Positions 19,670 through 30,536 of a DNA stretch of 64,000 nucleotides are shown piece after piece. How positions within the stretch are numbered: the first letter of the stretch is position 1; every line of letters begins with the position of its first letter. A program made the translations under genes and the position numbers. Source of the stretch: Gammaproteobacteria bacterium (lineage in GTDB: Bacteria; Pseudomonadota; Gammaproteobacteria; G965277405); NCBI GenBank assembly GCA_965277405.1, contig OZ255726.1:1184001-1248000 (forward strand), read 5' to 3'. The notes beneath the pieces are model-generated. The model saw only the letters and a program-made list of their open reading frames with translations, had not been told where the DNA came from and ran no database searches.

Positions 19670-20766
19670 AGCATTAAATTATTGTTGGGTTTTACAAATA
19701 TTTGAGCTTGCTGGCGTAAACTCAAATCACACAACACCAAGGCCAGCATTGCCTCGACGATTGGCACAGCACGAATACCAACACATGGGTCGTGCCGCCC
19801 TTTGGTGGTAACGGCAACAGCATCGCCTACCGTGTTTATTGAGTGCAGTGGTTGTGCAATACTTGGTGTTGGTTTAAACGCAATTTCGGCATAAATATCT
19901 TGTCCGGTAGAAATACCGCCAAGCGTGCCGCCATTAGTATTGCTGGTGAAGCCAGTAGGTGACATTTGATCGTGATACGTACTTCCTTGTGCTGCAACGC
20001 AGGCAAATCCTGCGCCAATCCCAACACCTTTTGCTGCATTTATACTCATCATCGCTTGGGCGATTAATGCGTCCAGCTTGTCAAAAACTGGCTCTCCCCA
20101 ACCAGCTGGAGTGCCAGTTGCCACCACACATACTTTTGCCCCAACTGAATTGCGGTCTGCGCGTGCCGCTGTTACTACACCTTGCATAGTTTGCGCAATG
20201 GCAGTATTTGGACAAAACATGGTATTGTGCTCAATACACGATGTGTCAAAATCAGCACTGCCAAATGTGGGTGCGCAGATATTACCAACTTGCCCAACCC
20301 ACGCTTGAATAGCAACACCATACATGCTCTGCAGTATTTGCCGAGCAACGCTGCCTGCGACCACGCGGCTTGCGGTCTCGCGTGCTGATGATCGTCCACC
20401 GCCGCGATAATCGCGGGTTGCGTATTTTTGATCATAGGTAAAGTCTGCGTGTCCTGGACGATATGCCGTTTTAATACTTGAATAATCTTTGCTTTTTTGA
20501 TCTAGGTTATGAATGGTAAAGCCAATTGGAGCACCAGTTGTTTTTCCTTGAAAAATGCCAGATAAAATTTCTACATTGTCTGGTTCACGCCGTTGGCTTG
20601 TGAGCTGCGATTGTCCTGGTTTTCGACGATTAAGTTGGTGTTGTATCGCGTTAGTATCAATTGGAAAATTAGCAGGGCAGCCGTCAATAACGCCACCAAT
20701 AGCAACACCATGACTTTCACCAAATGTTGTTAAGCGAAATGCCGCACCAAAACTGCTCCCGGCCAT
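19666..20766 (-). CDS. aroC: Chorismate synthase
   Basis: [28 protein letters not shown]. Confidence 0.96.
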   Translation of the reverse strand: MAGSSFGAAFRLTTFGESHGVAIGGVIDGCPANFPIDTNAIQHQLNRRKPGQSQLTSQRREPDNVEILSGIFQGKTTGAPIGFTIHNLDQKSKDYSSIKTAYRPGHADFTYDQKYATRDYRGGGRSSARETASRVVAGSVARQILQSMYGVAIQAWVGQVGNICAPTFGSADFDTSCIEHNTMFCPNTAIAQTMQGVVTAARADRNSVGAKVCVVATGTPAGWGEPVFDKLDALIAQAMMSINAAKGVGIGAGFACVAAQGSTYHDQMSPTGFTSNTNGGTLGGISTGQDIYAEIAFKPTPSIAQPLHSINTVGDAVAVTTKGRHDPCVGIRAVPIVEAMLALVLCDLSLRQQAQIFVKPNNNLML

Positions 20767-20773
20767 TGATAAC

Positions 20774-22111
20774 TTAGTTATTCAAATTTTCAGCAAGTTG
20801 ATGCGCGAGCTCCAACACCTGTGTTGCGTTCAGGCGCGGATCACAACGGGTGTGATAGCGGTCTGAAACACGTTCTTCTGGGATATTTTGCAGTCCGCCC
20901 AAACATTCGGTGACATCAGCACCAGTCATTTCTAAATGGATGCCACCTGGATATGTGCCTTCTTCACGATGGGTGTGAAAGAAATCTCGTACTTCGCCAA
21001 GTATTGCATCAAAACGGCGGGTTTTGTATCCATTTGAGAGCTTCTCAGTATTGCCATGCATTGGATCACAGCACCAAATCACGCGGCGTTGTTCACGCTC
21101 AATGGCGCGGAGTAATGTAGGTAGGTATTTTGGAATATTGCCATTACCCATACGGGTGATAAACGTCAACCGTCCTGGAACATTCTGTGGATTGAGGGTA
21201 TCACACAGCCGCAAAATATCACTCTGGGTTGTTTTTGTGCTAATTTTAACGCCGATTGGATTATGCACTCCTGATAAAAACCGTACATGCGCATGATTTG
21301 GATCACGCGTCCGCTCACCAATCCATACCATATGTGCTGAGCAGTCGTACCATTTACCTGTGAGTGAATCTTGTCGGGTCAATGCTTCTTCATAGCCTAA
21401 TAGCAGCGCTTCATGTGATGTGTACACTTCTGTTTCACGCAACTCTGGTGCAGTATGAGTAAATCCGCAGGCACTGATAAAATCTAAGGCATGCTTGATT
21501 TGTGACGAAATATCAAAAAACTCTTGCTTTTCATGTTCGGCAATGAAGTCTAGATTGAGTCGATGAATTTTATGTAAATCAGCAAACCCACCAGTTGAAA
21601 ACGCCCGCAATAAATTCATCGTCACTGCTGATTGATAGTATGCGGTCAACAATCTTTGTGGGTCAGGAATACGATCAGCGGCATTGAAGTTAATGCCATT
21701 AACATTATCACCACGGTAACTTGGTAATTTTACACCATCTTGCGTTTCAAAATTGTCTGAACGCGGCTTGGCAAATTGCCCAGCAATCCTGCCAATTTTA
21801 ACAATTGGTTTGCGGGCACCGTAGGTGAGCACCAATGCCATTTGTAGCAACACCCGTAATGTATCGCGTATAGAGTCTGCGTTAAATTCTGCAAAACATT
21901 CTGCGCAATCACCGCCTTGTAACAAAAACGCCTTGCCGAGCGCGACGTCTTTTAAGCGCTTGCGTAACCTGCGCACTTCACCTGCAAACACCAATGGCGG
22001 CAACTTTTCTAATTGTTGCAGCGCTTGATTATACGTGTCGATATCAGGATACGTTGGTTGTTGCAATATAGGTAAATTACGCCAATCAGACTTGTGCCAT
22101 TGGTTTTTCAT
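20774..22111 (-). CDS. Class II 3-deoxy-7-phosphoheptulonate (DAHP) synthase
   Basis: LLQGGDCAE, GRIAGQFAKPRS, DPMHGNT, CDPRLN; start at MKNQW. Confidence 0.93.
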   Translation of the reverse strand: MKNQWHKSDWRNLPILQQPTYPDIDTYNQALQQLEKLPPLVFAGEVRRLRKRLKDVALGKAFLLQGGDCAECFAEFNADSIRDTLRVLLQMALVLTYGARKPIVKIGRIAGQFAKPRSDNFETQDGVKLPSYRGDNVNGINFNAADRIPDPQRLLTAYYQSAVTMNLLRAFSTGGFADLHKIHRLNLDFIAEHEKQEFFDISSQIKHALDFISACGFTHTAPELRETEVYTSHEALLLGYEEALTRQDSLTGKWYDCSAHMVWIGERTRDPNHAHVRFLSGVHNPIGVKISTKTTQSDILRLCDTLNPQNVPGRLTFITRMGNGNIPKYLPTLLRAIEREQRRVIWCCDPMHGNTEKLSNGYKTRRFDAILGEVRDFFHTHREEGTYPGGIHLEMTGADVTECLGGLQNIPEERVSDRYHTRCDPRLNATQVLELAHQLAENLNN

Positions 22112-22128
22112 AAAATAATATATCTCAA

Positions 22129-23397
22129 TTATTGATAACGCTTGCGCCACTCAGATTCAATTACAGTTGTCCAAGAAGCGTCTGGCTCAGGCAGCACTGA
22201 CCCAAGCTGTTGTGGAGATAATGTCGCAACTCCTAATGGTAGCGCGGCAAATTGCTGCTGCTGCTGCTGGGTTAATTTATCAACATTCAAAACAGTAAAA
22301 TCTCCCCATTCAGTAGGATTTTGCTTGCGAATCTGCGCGGTTGGCGACATCAAAAAATTTGCGACCACTTGCGCAGCAGCCTTGGCTTGGGCATTCTTGG
22401 GAATAGCAACAAAATGGGTATTGCCAATAGTTCCGCCATCAAGCACAAAGGTGCGCACGGTATCTGGTAATTGTCCGCTGACAATTTTTGAACTAGCTTC
22501 CGCGGGATTAAATGCCAAAGCAAAATCTATTTCACCATCGTTTAATAGTCGCATTTGATCTTCGATATTGTTGGCAAATGTTTGTCCTTGCTGCCACGCC
22601 GCGGCATGTAGGCGATCTAAAAACTTCCACATCGGGGCAAGTATGGTATGAGTGTCTACTGTGCTTGCTGGCTGTTGCAATACCTGTGTATCAGCAATTG
22701 TTGCATATGCGATTTGTTTTAAAAAAGTTGTACCAATGAAGTCTGGCGGCTTTGGATACGTCATTCTTCCTTGATGGTGTTCAGCCCATTTGAGCATTGC
22801 ATGCAGTGTCTTTGGTGGGTTTTGTAGTGTCGCACTGTCATACATAAATACGAGTTGTGCCATCCCCCATGGAGCTTCATACCCTGCTGTTGGCACACCA
22901 AAATCAAGTGTAGTTGTCGGCTTGTTAACGGTATCTACGAAGGAAAAATTTGGCAAATCTTCTGCAAAAGGACCAAATAATAATGATCGAACTTTGAGTG
23001 TTCTGAAATTCTCACCATTTAGCCAAATCAAATCGACAGAGCCGTTATCATTGGTGCGACCCGCCGCCGATTCTCGAATTATTTTTTTTACAATCAATGC
23101 AGTGTCGCTAATTTTTACATGATTGAGGGTTACGTCAAATTGCTCTTTTACCTGAGTTGCTACCCACTTAATGTAACTATTAATCTGTTGGCTGCCTCCC
23201 CAGGCATGAAAATACAGCTGTTGTCCACGCGCCTGATCAAGCGTTACCCGCCAATCTACACTTGTTTTCTCGGTGGCATTGGCGGAAAATGTTAAACATC
23301 CAGCAACAATAAACAGTACTCGCAGCAAATTTGCGGCAAACTTTTGGCATTTACTTGTAATTCGTATATGCATTGATGTGGGTATTATTTTTTTCAT
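22129..23397 (-). CDS. ABC transporter substrate-binding protein (YnjB-like)
   Basis: F.AWGGS, DLIWLNGENF, PWGMAQL, GTIGNTHFVAIP; start at MKKII. Confidence 0.85.
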   Translation of the reverse strand: MKKIIPTSMHIRITSKCQKFAANLLRVLFIVAGCLTFSANATEKTSVDWRVTLDQARGQQLYFHAWGGSQQINSYIKWVATQVKEQFDVTLNHVKISDTALIVKKIIRESAAGRTNDNGSVDLIWLNGENFRTLKVRSLLFGPFAEDLPNFSFVDTVNKPTTTLDFGVPTAGYEAPWGMAQLVFMYDSATLQNPPKTLHAMLKWAEHHQGRMTYPKPPDFIGTTFLKQIAYATIADTQVLQQPASTVDTHTILAPMWKFLDRLHAAAWQQGQTFANNIEDQMRLLNDGEIDFALAFNPAEASSKIVSGQLPDTVRTFVLDGGTIGNTHFVAIPKNAQAKAAAQVVANFLMSPTAQIRKQNPTEWGDFTVLNVDKLTQQQQQQFAALPLGVATLSPQQLGSVLPEPDASWTTVIESEWRKRYQ

Positions 23398-23427
23398 ATA
23401 TAGTAATTTCACTTTGTAAGCGAGGAG

Positions 23428-23590
23428 ATGACACGGCGCGTTGTTAAAATATTGAGTGCAATAAATGACGCTGACATCCAGCTTAAATTTTGTGTGGACA
23501 GTTAATGGAAGAACCACGTTGAAACGTGCTTGTTATTTTTAAATTACATGCTAGAAAGATATCCTAGCACGAACGTTTTGATATTACCAT
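23428..23590 (+). pseudogene. Decayed copy of the hisB 5' end
   Basis: ATGACACGGCGCGTTGTTAAAATA...GACATCCAGCTTAAATTTTGTGTGGAC then a stop; aligns to 23866 onward. Confidence 0.85.
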
Positions 23591-23598
23591 TTTTTGCG

Positions 23599-23839
23599 GT
23601 TGCTACTCGCTAAATGTAACTATTAATCTGTGGACTGCCTGTATGCATATAAATCCAGCTCTTGTCTACGTGCTTGATTAAGCGTTACTTGGCAGTCTAC
23701 ACTGTTGTTTGCTCAGTAGCATTGGCGAAAATGTGATACACCCATCAGCAATAAACAGTAGTTGCAGTTACTATTGCGACAAACTTTTGGCATATACTAG
23801 TAATTCGTATATACACTGATGAATGTGTTATTTTTTCAT
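23599..23839 (-). pseudogene. Decayed copy of the 5' end of the YnjB-like gene
   Basis: Aligns with indels to 23156-23397. Confidence 0.85.
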
Positions 23840-23865
23840 ATATAGTATTTCACCGATACAGATAG

Positions 23866-24450
23866 ATGACACGACGAGTTGCTAAAATATCGCGTACAAC
23901 AAACGAGACTGACATCCAGCTAGAATTTTGTGTGGATGGTCAAGGAAAGAACCAAATCTCTACGGGCGTACCTGTATTAAATCACATGCTAGAACAATTA
24001 GCCAGACACGGTCAATTTGATATTTATATTGATTGCAAAGGCGATGTTGCAATAGATGACCATCATTCAGTTGAAGATATAGGCATAGTTATTGGTACTG
24101 CACTGGCTGAGGCATTAGGTGATAAACGTGGCATTGTGCGGTTTGCACATGCGTATGCGCCACTTGATGAGGCATTATCTCGCGTAGTGATAGACCTAAG
24201 CGGTCGACCAAGCCTCCATTATAATGTCAGCTTTACCGCAGAACGTGTCGGTCAATTTGATTTACAGCTGGCGCGTGAGTTTTTTCAAGGCTTTGTGAAC
24301 TGTGCCTCTTGCACATTACATGTGGACAATTTGACGGGTATTAATGCGCACCATCAAATTGAATCAATATTCAAAGCTTTTACACTGGCCTTACGTCAAG
24401 CTGTGGCAATTGCTGGCGCTACAATCCCATCTACTAAAGGGGTTTTGTAA
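23866..24450 (+). CDS. hisB: Imidazoleglycerol-phosphate dehydratase
   Basis: DDHHSVED and NAHHQIE metal motifs. Confidence 0.95.
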   Translation: MTRRVAKISRTTNETDIQLEFCVDGQGKNQISTGVPVLNHMLEQLARHGQFDIYIDCKGDVAIDDHHSVEDIGIVIGTALAEALGDKRGIVRFAHAYAPLDEALSRVVIDLSGRPSLHYNVSFTAERVGQFDLQLAREFFQGFVNCASCTLHVDNLTGINAHHQIESIFKAFTLALRQAVAIAGATIPSTKGVL

Positions 24451-24464
24451 GTGATAACAATACT

Positions 24465-25253
24465 ATGATACGAGTTGAAAACTTAACGTTTTATCGTGAC
24501 GACTTGTTGATATTTGATGATATAAGTTTCGAAATTCCTGAGCATAAAGTTACGGCAATCATGGGGCCAAGTGGCACTGGTAAAACCACACTGATACACC
24601 TGATGGGTGGCAGTCTTAAACCAAATGCAGGCAGTGTTTGTATTCGTGATGCCGAAGTACATAAGCTCTCTCGGGACGCGTTGTTTGCACTGCGGAAAAA
24701 TATCGGGGTGTTATTTCAGTCTGGTGCGTTATTTACTGACATGAGCGTGTATGAAAACGTTGCGTTTCCTCTGCGCGTTCATACTAAATTGCCTGAGGAC
24801 ATGATTCGTGATCTAGTGCTACTGAAACTTGAATCCGTTGGTTTACGCGGCGTCCACTCTTTTATGCCAAGTGAGCTGAGTGGAGGTATGGCACGGCGGG
24901 TTGCATTAGCTCGTTCTATTGCGCTTGACCCTAATATTATTATGTATGATGAACCGTTTGCTGGACAAGATCCGATTTCTATGGGCGTGTTGCTATCATT
25001 AGTGCGTAAACTCAATGATAACCTGGGGATGACTAGTATCGTCGTTTCTCACGATTTAGTCGAAACATTTTCGATCGCAGATTATGTGTTGGTCTTTGCA
25101 CAAGGTAAAATTATTGGGCAAGGCACGCCAGATGAGCTACGCAAAAGCAAGGCGCCAATGCTCAAACAATTTGTAAATGGCCTGCCTGATGGTCCTGTGC
25201 GCTTTCACCATACTGCTCCCAGTCTAAATGACGACCTATTAGGTAAATTTTAA
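24465..25253 (+). CDS. mlaF: Phospholipid ABC transporter ATPase
   Basis: [27 protein letters not shown]. Confidence 0.93.
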   Translation: MIRVENLTFYRDDLLIFDDISFEIPEHKVTAIMGPSGTGKTTLIHLMGGSLKPNAGSVCIRDAEVHKLSRDALFALRKNIGVLFQSGALFTDMSVYENVAFPLRVHTKLPEDMIRDLVLLKLESVGLRGVHSFMPSELSGGMARRVALARSIALDPNIIMYDEPFAGQDPISMGVLLSLVRKLNDNLGMTSIVVSHDLVETFSIADYVLVFAQGKIIGQGTPDELRKSKAPMLKQFVNGLPDGPVRFHHTAPSLNDDLLGKF

Positions 25254-25254
25254 G

Positions 25255-26040
25255 ATGTGGCTCCTTGATTTCATTGCATTACTTGGGCAAAAAACACTGG
25301 GTTCAGTGCGCTCTGTCGGGCGTGCTTCAATACTATTATTTCACGCTTTATATGCTAAGCCACAACGCAACGCATTCCATTTGGTCATTAAACAAATTCA
25401 TATGATTGGAGTACTTTCAATTGTCATTATTTGTGTTTCAGGTGCGTTTATTGGCATGGTGCTGAGTATTCAAGGCTATTCATTATTAAAAAACTACGGC
25501 AGCGAGCAAATTATTGGTCAGATGATTGCTTTATCGCTTATTCGTGAACTTGGGCCAGTGGTAACTGCGTTATTGTTTGCTGGGCGTGCTGGCTCAGCAA
25601 TTACTGCTGAAATTGGCCTGATGAAAGCTACAGAGCAACTAGCATCTTTAGAAATGATGGGGGTCGATCCATTGCGCAGAATCATTGCCCCAAGATTTTA
25701 TGGTGGGATAATTGCTCTGCCACTATTAACAATATTGTTTAACTACATGGGGATCATTTTTGGTGCATTAGTATCGATTGAATGGTTGCAGGTGTTTTCC
25801 GGTTCGTTTTGGGGCAATATGCAAGCAGTAGTGTCCTTTGATGGCGATATTGTCAATAGCATCATTAAGTCGATTATTTTCGCTTTTGCCGTTATTTGGA
25901 TATCTGTATTTCATGGATACGATTGCGTTCCAACTTCTGCAGGTATTAGTAAAGCAACTACAAAAACTGTCGTATACTCATCCTTGGCAATTTTAGGTTT
26001 AGATTTTGTGTTAACGGCTTTAATGTTTGGAGACTTTTGA
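25255..26040 (+). CDS. mlaE: Phospholipid ABC transporter permease
   Basis: [31 protein letters not shown]. Confidence 0.95.
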   Translation: MWLLDFIALLGQKTLGSVRSVGRASILLFHALYAKPQRNAFHLVIKQIHMIGVLSIVIICVSGAFIGMVLSIQGYSLLKNYGSEQIIGQMIALSLIRELGPVVTALLFAGRAGSAITAEIGLMKATEQLASLEMMGVDPLRRIIAPRFYGGIIALPLLTILFNYMGIIFGALVSIEWLQVFSGSFWGNMQAVVSFDGDIVNSIIKSIIFAFAVIWISVFHGYDCVPTSAGISKATTKTVVYSSLAILGLDFVLTALMFGDF

Positions 26041-26495
26041 TGATAAATATGCGTGTAATTGAATTAATGGTTGGCTTATTTGTGTTAGCCGCTATTGCGA
26101 GTTTAATTTACTTATCGTTAAACGTCAGTGGACTCACCCAGTCAAACGATGACACATACACATTACGCGCCTATTTTTCAAATATCAGTGGTCTGACATC
26201 TCGAGCAAAAGTTAGCGTAAGCGGTGTATCGATTGGCACAGTTGATTCAATCACCCTTGACCATGAAGAAAAAAGAGCGCTTGTATTGATGTCGATTAAT
26301 AAATCTGTTGATTATTTGCCAACTGATACAGCCGCGAGCATTTTTACTTCTGGACTACTTGGCGAAAAGTACATCGGCCTTATCTTTGGTGCCGACGAGG
26401 AATTTCTGACTGATGGTGATGTAATATACGACACCCAATCGTCAGTTGTGCTAGAGGACTTAATTGGCAGTTTTTTGTTGCGAGCAGATGAATAA
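26037..26495 (+). CDS. mlaD: MCE-domain protein MlaD
   Basis: F.NISGL...[18 protein letters not shown]. Confidence 0.93.
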   Translation: MMINMRVIELMVGLFVLAAIASLIYLSLNVSGLTQSNDDTYTLRAYFSNISGLTSRAKVSVSGVSIGTVDSITLDHEEKRALVLMSINKSVDYLPTDTAASIFTSGLLGEKYIGLIFGADEEFLTDGDVIYDTQSSVVLEDLIGSFLLRADE

Positions 26496-26528
26496 ACACC
26501 ACTTTAGTCCATTTTTAAGGACACAGCT

Positions 26529-27197
26529 ATGCGTATAACGGGCACAAGCATCTTGCAAGCTATTGTGCTATTACTGTGCGGTATACTTGTTACTGCCAAT
26601 GCAGCAGCTGCGCGGCAGCTGCCAAATAGCAAAGAAGTAAATGGCCGTGTGCTCCAGATTATGCAAAGCATCTTGTATGACATTCGTCATACACGCACTA
26701 TTCTTGATACTGAAAATGCAAAGGATATCTATTATGATATCCTCAACAAGAATATTGCTCCAATCATTGACTTACCGCTTATTACCAAGCGCATCATGGG
26801 TAAGTATTGGCAAGATGCGAATCAAGTACAACGAAAAAAACTTGCCGATATTTATCATAATAATATTTTGATAACATATGCTGAATATCTTGCTAAAGCA
26901 GACCCAGCAACTATTGGTAAAACTATTGAATATCGCATTGTGCGCTCACCTCAAAAATCAAATATTTTTCGCATTGCTGTTCCAGTACTCCTTAAGCTTG
27001 GTGATACTGTGTATGAAGTAATATACGCCATGTATTACAACCGTAGCAGCAACCGCTGGTTGTTAGAAAATATTCTGATTAACGACATCAACCATGGTGC
27101 ACTGTATCGAGAAAAGTTTATCACCCTGATGAAAGTTCATGAAGGAAACTATGATAGGGTGCTCAGCTACTGGGGCGGTAGGATTCACTCACAATAG
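26529..27197 (+). CDS. mlaC: MlaC/Ttg2D-family phospholipid-binding protein, paralogue 1
   Basis: Signal peptide, IDLPLITKRIMGKYW..A...Q; operon position. Confidence 0.7.
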   Translation: MRITGTSILQAIVLLLCGILVTANAAAARQLPNSKEVNGRVLQIMQSILYDIRHTRTILDTENAKDIYYDILNKNIAPIIDLPLITKRIMGKYWQDANQVQRKKLADIYHNNILITYAEYLAKADPATIGKTIEYRIVRSPQKSNIFRIAVPVLLKLGDTVYEVIYAMYYNRSSNRWLLENILINDINHGALYREKFITLMKVHEGNYDRVLSYWGGRIHSQ

Positions 27198-27209
27198 GAC
27201 ATTCAGCAC

Positions 27210-27890
27210 ATGGTAATTTTTTTATTATCTTATCGCATACGCTTTCTTTCATCAATACTGATAATTTGTACTGCACTTATAGCATATACTACAAATGTGC
27301 ATGCTGCCTCAAATACTAGTGATGCGCATACATCATTACAGGCGATGATTGACAATACTTTGGAAGCCATCAACACACTGCAGCTGCCTGATGACCCAAA
27401 GGAGGCTAATATTCTCCTTGACAAAACTATTAATAAAGAACTTGAAAGCATCATCGACTTTGATTTTATAGCTCGTAGGATCATGGCCAAATACTACAAA
27501 CAAGCGACTGATGATCAAAAACGCACATTTTCTAAGGCAAATAAACAGCAGTTTATATTTATGGTCAACAACACGCTATTGAGCACAGACATAAAAAAAT
27601 TGAGCAAAGGATTACAAATTATTTTGCAGCCAACTAAAGCTAAAGAAGCAAAACGAGTCCGTATTAAAGGCAAGGTGCGTGTAAACGGGAAAATTATTTC
27701 ATTGCGGTTTGAAATGTATTTTAACAGTAAATACAAGCGTTGGCTATTATCCAATATTATTGCGGCAGATATTAATTTGGCCATTAATTTACACCAACAA
27801 TTTGCCGTATTGATGGACAAGAATAAGCAAGATATCGATGCAGTAATTGCCTCATGGTCATCTGCTAAGAAAGTCTCTACCACACCATAA
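27210..27890 (+). CDS. mlaC: MlaC/Ttg2D-family phospholipid-binding protein, paralogue 2
   Basis: IDFDFIARRIMAKYYKQAT..Q, W...NI....INL.....QF...IDAVIASW. Confidence 0.75.
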   Translation: MVIFLLSYRIRFLSSILIICTALIAYTTNVHAASNTSDAHTSLQAMIDNTLEAINTLQLPDDPKEANILLDKTINKELESIIDFDFIARRIMAKYYKQATDDQKRTFSKANKQQFIFMVNNTLLSTDIKKLSKGLQIILQPTKAKEAKRVRIKGKVRVNGKIISLRFEMYFNSKYKRWLLSNIIAADINLAINLHQQFAVLMDKNKQDIDAVIASWSSAKKVSTTP

Positions 27891-28296
27891 CATTACAGTG
27901 AACGAACAAGCTAGCGAACAACTCAACACTTTTGACAACCTTGATGCGGTTTGGGTGAAAAAATATCGCAACAACTATCTGCGTGTTGGTGGTGTAATAA
28001 ACACAACAACGGTCATTACATTACGAGAAGAAGGCCAGGTTTGGATTAACCGCCTGAAAGCAAAGTACTCAGAAGTAGTGTTTGATATGGAGCCAACTAA
28101 ACCACAAGGTGCGGTCTGTGCTTCATTGATGCTATGTTGGCTACGCTATGCAAAAAACACTGGCATGAATATTTCATTTCAAAATATTCCACAAGATATT
28201 GAACGAATTTTGTTAATGTCTGGCGTCTACAATCTATTAAACATTAAGTCAGTAAAGAAAAAACCATTCAGACAATATGATCTTGACCATTCATAG
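27847..28296 (+). CDS. mlaB: STAS-domain protein MlaB (true start probably downstream)
   Basis: LMLCWLRYA...ISFQNIP......MSGV..LL; operon position. Confidence 0.7.
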   Translation: MPHGHLLRKSLPHHNITVNEQASEQLNTFDNLDAVWVKKYRNNYLRVGGVINTTTVITLREEGQVWINRLKAKYSEVVFDMEPTKPQGAVCASLMLCWLRYAKNTGMNISFQNIPQDIERILLMSGVYNLLNIKSVKKKPFRQYDLDHS

Positions 28297-28504
28297 CGCT
28301 ATTCAGAAAGTATTACCGCACGCTATAATACAAGTACGTGGCTCTGAGCGTAAATATCAAATAGATGTGACGGACCATTGCTTTGTTGCCCTAAATAAAG
28401 TGCAACGAACTCAAAAAGTATACTCATGTATTAACTCTCTGATTGCCGATGGTTCCATTCATGCTGTGCAAATAAGCACTTACTTACCTAACACTGCTTC
28501 TTAA
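28277..28504 (+). CDS. ibaG: BolA-family protein IbaG
   Basis: F..LNKVQR.QKVY..IN.LIADGSIHA; between mlaB and murA. Confidence 0.85.
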   Translation: MILTIHSAIQKVLPHAIIQVRGSERKYQIDVTDHCFVALNKVQRTQKVYSCINSLIADGSIHAVQISTYLPNTAS

Positions 28505-29769
28505 TGGAAAAACTCCAAATTCGCGGTGGCAATATTCTAGAAGGTGAAATAGATATTTCTGGTGCCAAGAACTCGGCGCTACCAATTTTATCGGCGGTTT
28601 TATTGACTGATCAGCAAATGTTCATCCATAACGTACCGCATTTAAAAGATGTAACAACAATGATTAGCTTATTGGCTAATCTTGGCGTGAATATTCAGCT
28701 TGAAGATGACATGTGTATTTCTGCTACCCTTGCATCCCAGTCACATTGTATTGCACCATACGACATGGTTAAAACCATGCGAGCATCTATCTTAGTATTG
28801 GGACCATTGCTCGCCCATTTTGGCGAAGCGAAAGTCGCGCTTCCTGGCGGTTGTGCAATTGGCAGCAGGCCAATAAACTTGCATATTGAAGCGCTGCGTA
28901 CGATGGGTGCTGATATTAAGATTATCGATGGCTATATCCATGCCCAATCCCAAAACAGGCTACGCGGCACTACTTTTGTGTTTGAATCAGTAACGGTTAC
29001 TGGGACAGAAAATATTGTTATGGCTGCAACATTAGCAACCGGCACGACTAGATTAGAGAATTGTGCACGAGAGCCTGAAGTGACAGATTTAGCAAATTGC
29101 TTGAATGCTATGGGTGCAAAAATTACTGGCCACGGCACCAATACTATTATCATTGAAGGCGTAAAAAAATTACACGGGGCTCGACATTATGTACTCCCAG
29201 ATAGAATTGAGACTGGAACGTATCTGGTAGCAGCAGCTGCTACTTGTGGCAATATTCGTGTTAACAATACCCAGCCAAAATTACTTGAATCCGTTAAGCA
29301 AAAATTAATTGCAGCTGGGGCTAGCGTCCACTCTGGTGATACTTGGATGGAAGTAGATAACAGAAACAAAAGACCGAAGGCTGTCAGTATTGCTACCAGT
29401 CCATATCCAGGTTTGCCTACAGATATGCAAGCGCAATTTATCGCGTTAAATACAATTGCAGAAGGCGCATGCTCTGTCACAGAAAATATTTTTGAAAATC
29501 GTTTTATGCATGCTCTGGAAATGCAACGGATGGGAGCAAATATTACCTTGCGCGGCAATACAGCAATAATTACAGGGATACCAAAGTTACAGTCTGCGCC
29601 AGTCCAAGCAACGGATCTTAGGGCGTCAGCCAGCCTGGTTATAGCGGGTATGGTTACCGAAGGTGGTATCACAGAAATTAGCCGTATTTATCATATTGAC
29701 CGTGGTTATGAAACCATCGAAGAGAAATTCTCAAAGCTTGGTGCTGACATTCATCGCCTTCCTGCGTAA
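28504..29769 (+). CDS. murA: UDP-N-acetylglucosamine 1-carboxyvinyltransferase
   Basis: GAKNSALP, PGGCAIGSRP, TDLRASAS. Confidence 0.97.
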   Translation: MEKLQIRGGNILEGEIDISGAKNSALPILSAVLLTDQQMFIHNVPHLKDVTTMISLLANLGVNIQLEDDMCISATLASQSHCIAPYDMVKTMRASILVLGPLLAHFGEAKVALPGGCAIGSRPINLHIEALRTMGADIKIIDGYIHAQSQNRLRGTTFVFESVTVTGTENIVMAATLATGTTRLENCAREPEVTDLANCLNAMGAKITGHGTNTIIIEGVKKLHGARHYVLPDRIETGTYLVAAAATCGNIRVNNTQPKLLESVKQKLIAAGASVHSGDTWMEVDNRNKRPKAVSIATSPYPGLPTDMQAQFIALNTIAEGACSVTENIFENRFMHALEMQRMGANITLRGNTAIITGIPKLQSAPVQATDLRASASLVIAGMVTEGGITEISRIYHIDRGYETIEEKFSKLGADIHRLPA

Positions 29770-30386
29770 TGCTTACTGTTGCCATCGGTAAAGGAAGAAT
29801 TTGTGAGCAAGCAATTCAACAACTTGCGAGTATCAACATTGTCCCCGCTACGCCACTGACAACGCGTAAACTGTTAATTCCTACCAATAATCCCAATATA
29901 CAGCTCAGCATTTTGCGTGGTAAAGATGTGATTACTTACGTTGATCTTGGTGCCGTTGATGTTGGACTTGTTGGCAAAGACTTAATTGAAGAAAGCAGCA
30001 ATAGCAACTTGCTAGAAGTAGCAAGTATTGGTCCTATCACCTGTAAAATGGTTTGTGCTGGGCGCATGGGTAGTCATCGATATACTCAAAGCCCAAATAT
30101 TGCAACCAAGTTCACCAACATTGCCCGTCAATATTTCGGTAATAAAGGTCTTGTTGCTAACATTATTCAACTTTACGGAGGCATGGAATTGGCACCCAAT
30201 ATCGGAATTGCCGACTATATTATCGATATAGTAGAAACTGGCGCAACATTACGCGCAAATAATCTGACGGTGTTCGACACCTTATTCGAAATATCAACAC
30301 GCGTCATTGTCAACCCTGTCAGTCAAATCGTTAAATACGATTCGATTCAACCGTTGCTAGATACATTCATCAACACAGCAGCATAA
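29769..30386 (+). CDS. hisG: ATP phosphoribosyltransferase, short form
   Basis: KGRI, IATKF, DIVETGATLRANNL; 205 aa with no regulatory domain. Confidence 0.92.
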   Translation: MLTVAIGKGRICEQAIQQLASINIVPATPLTTRKLLIPTNNPNIQLSILRGKDVITYVDLGAVDVGLVGKDLIEESSNSNLLEVASIGPITCKMVCAGRMGSHRYTQSPNIATKFTNIARQYFGNKGLVANIIQLYGGMELAPNIGIADYIIDIVETGATLRANNLTVFDTLFEISTRVIVNPVSQIVKYDSIQPLLDTFINTAA

Positions 30387-30536
30387 GGACGCAAGATTGA
30401 GCCCACTGTGCGCAACAATTCGTGTTGCGGGACGAAAACCCGTTGCCTTGTCCGCTGCATGATCGCGACTACGTTACAACAACGGCAAAACTACGACAAA
30501 CAAGCGAATATAGCAGCTTGCGCTGCTGCACGGAGC

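Larger units (their letters stand above)
23156..24025. repeat. Degenerate direct tandem duplication, unit about 440 bp
   Basis: Shared blocks at about 440-bp offset, e.g. AATGTAACTATTAATCTG, AAACTTTTGGCAT, TTTTTTCATATATAGTA, ATGACACG, CTGACATCCAGCT, TTTTGTGTGGA. Confidence 0.92.

Noticed and set aside
23398-23517. Extended N-terminus of ORF 22129-23517
   Set aside because: It is the antisense of the decayed hisB copy; the plausible start is 23397 or later.
30387-30536. hisD remnant after hisG
   Set aside because: No convincing HisD similarity in the frames read.
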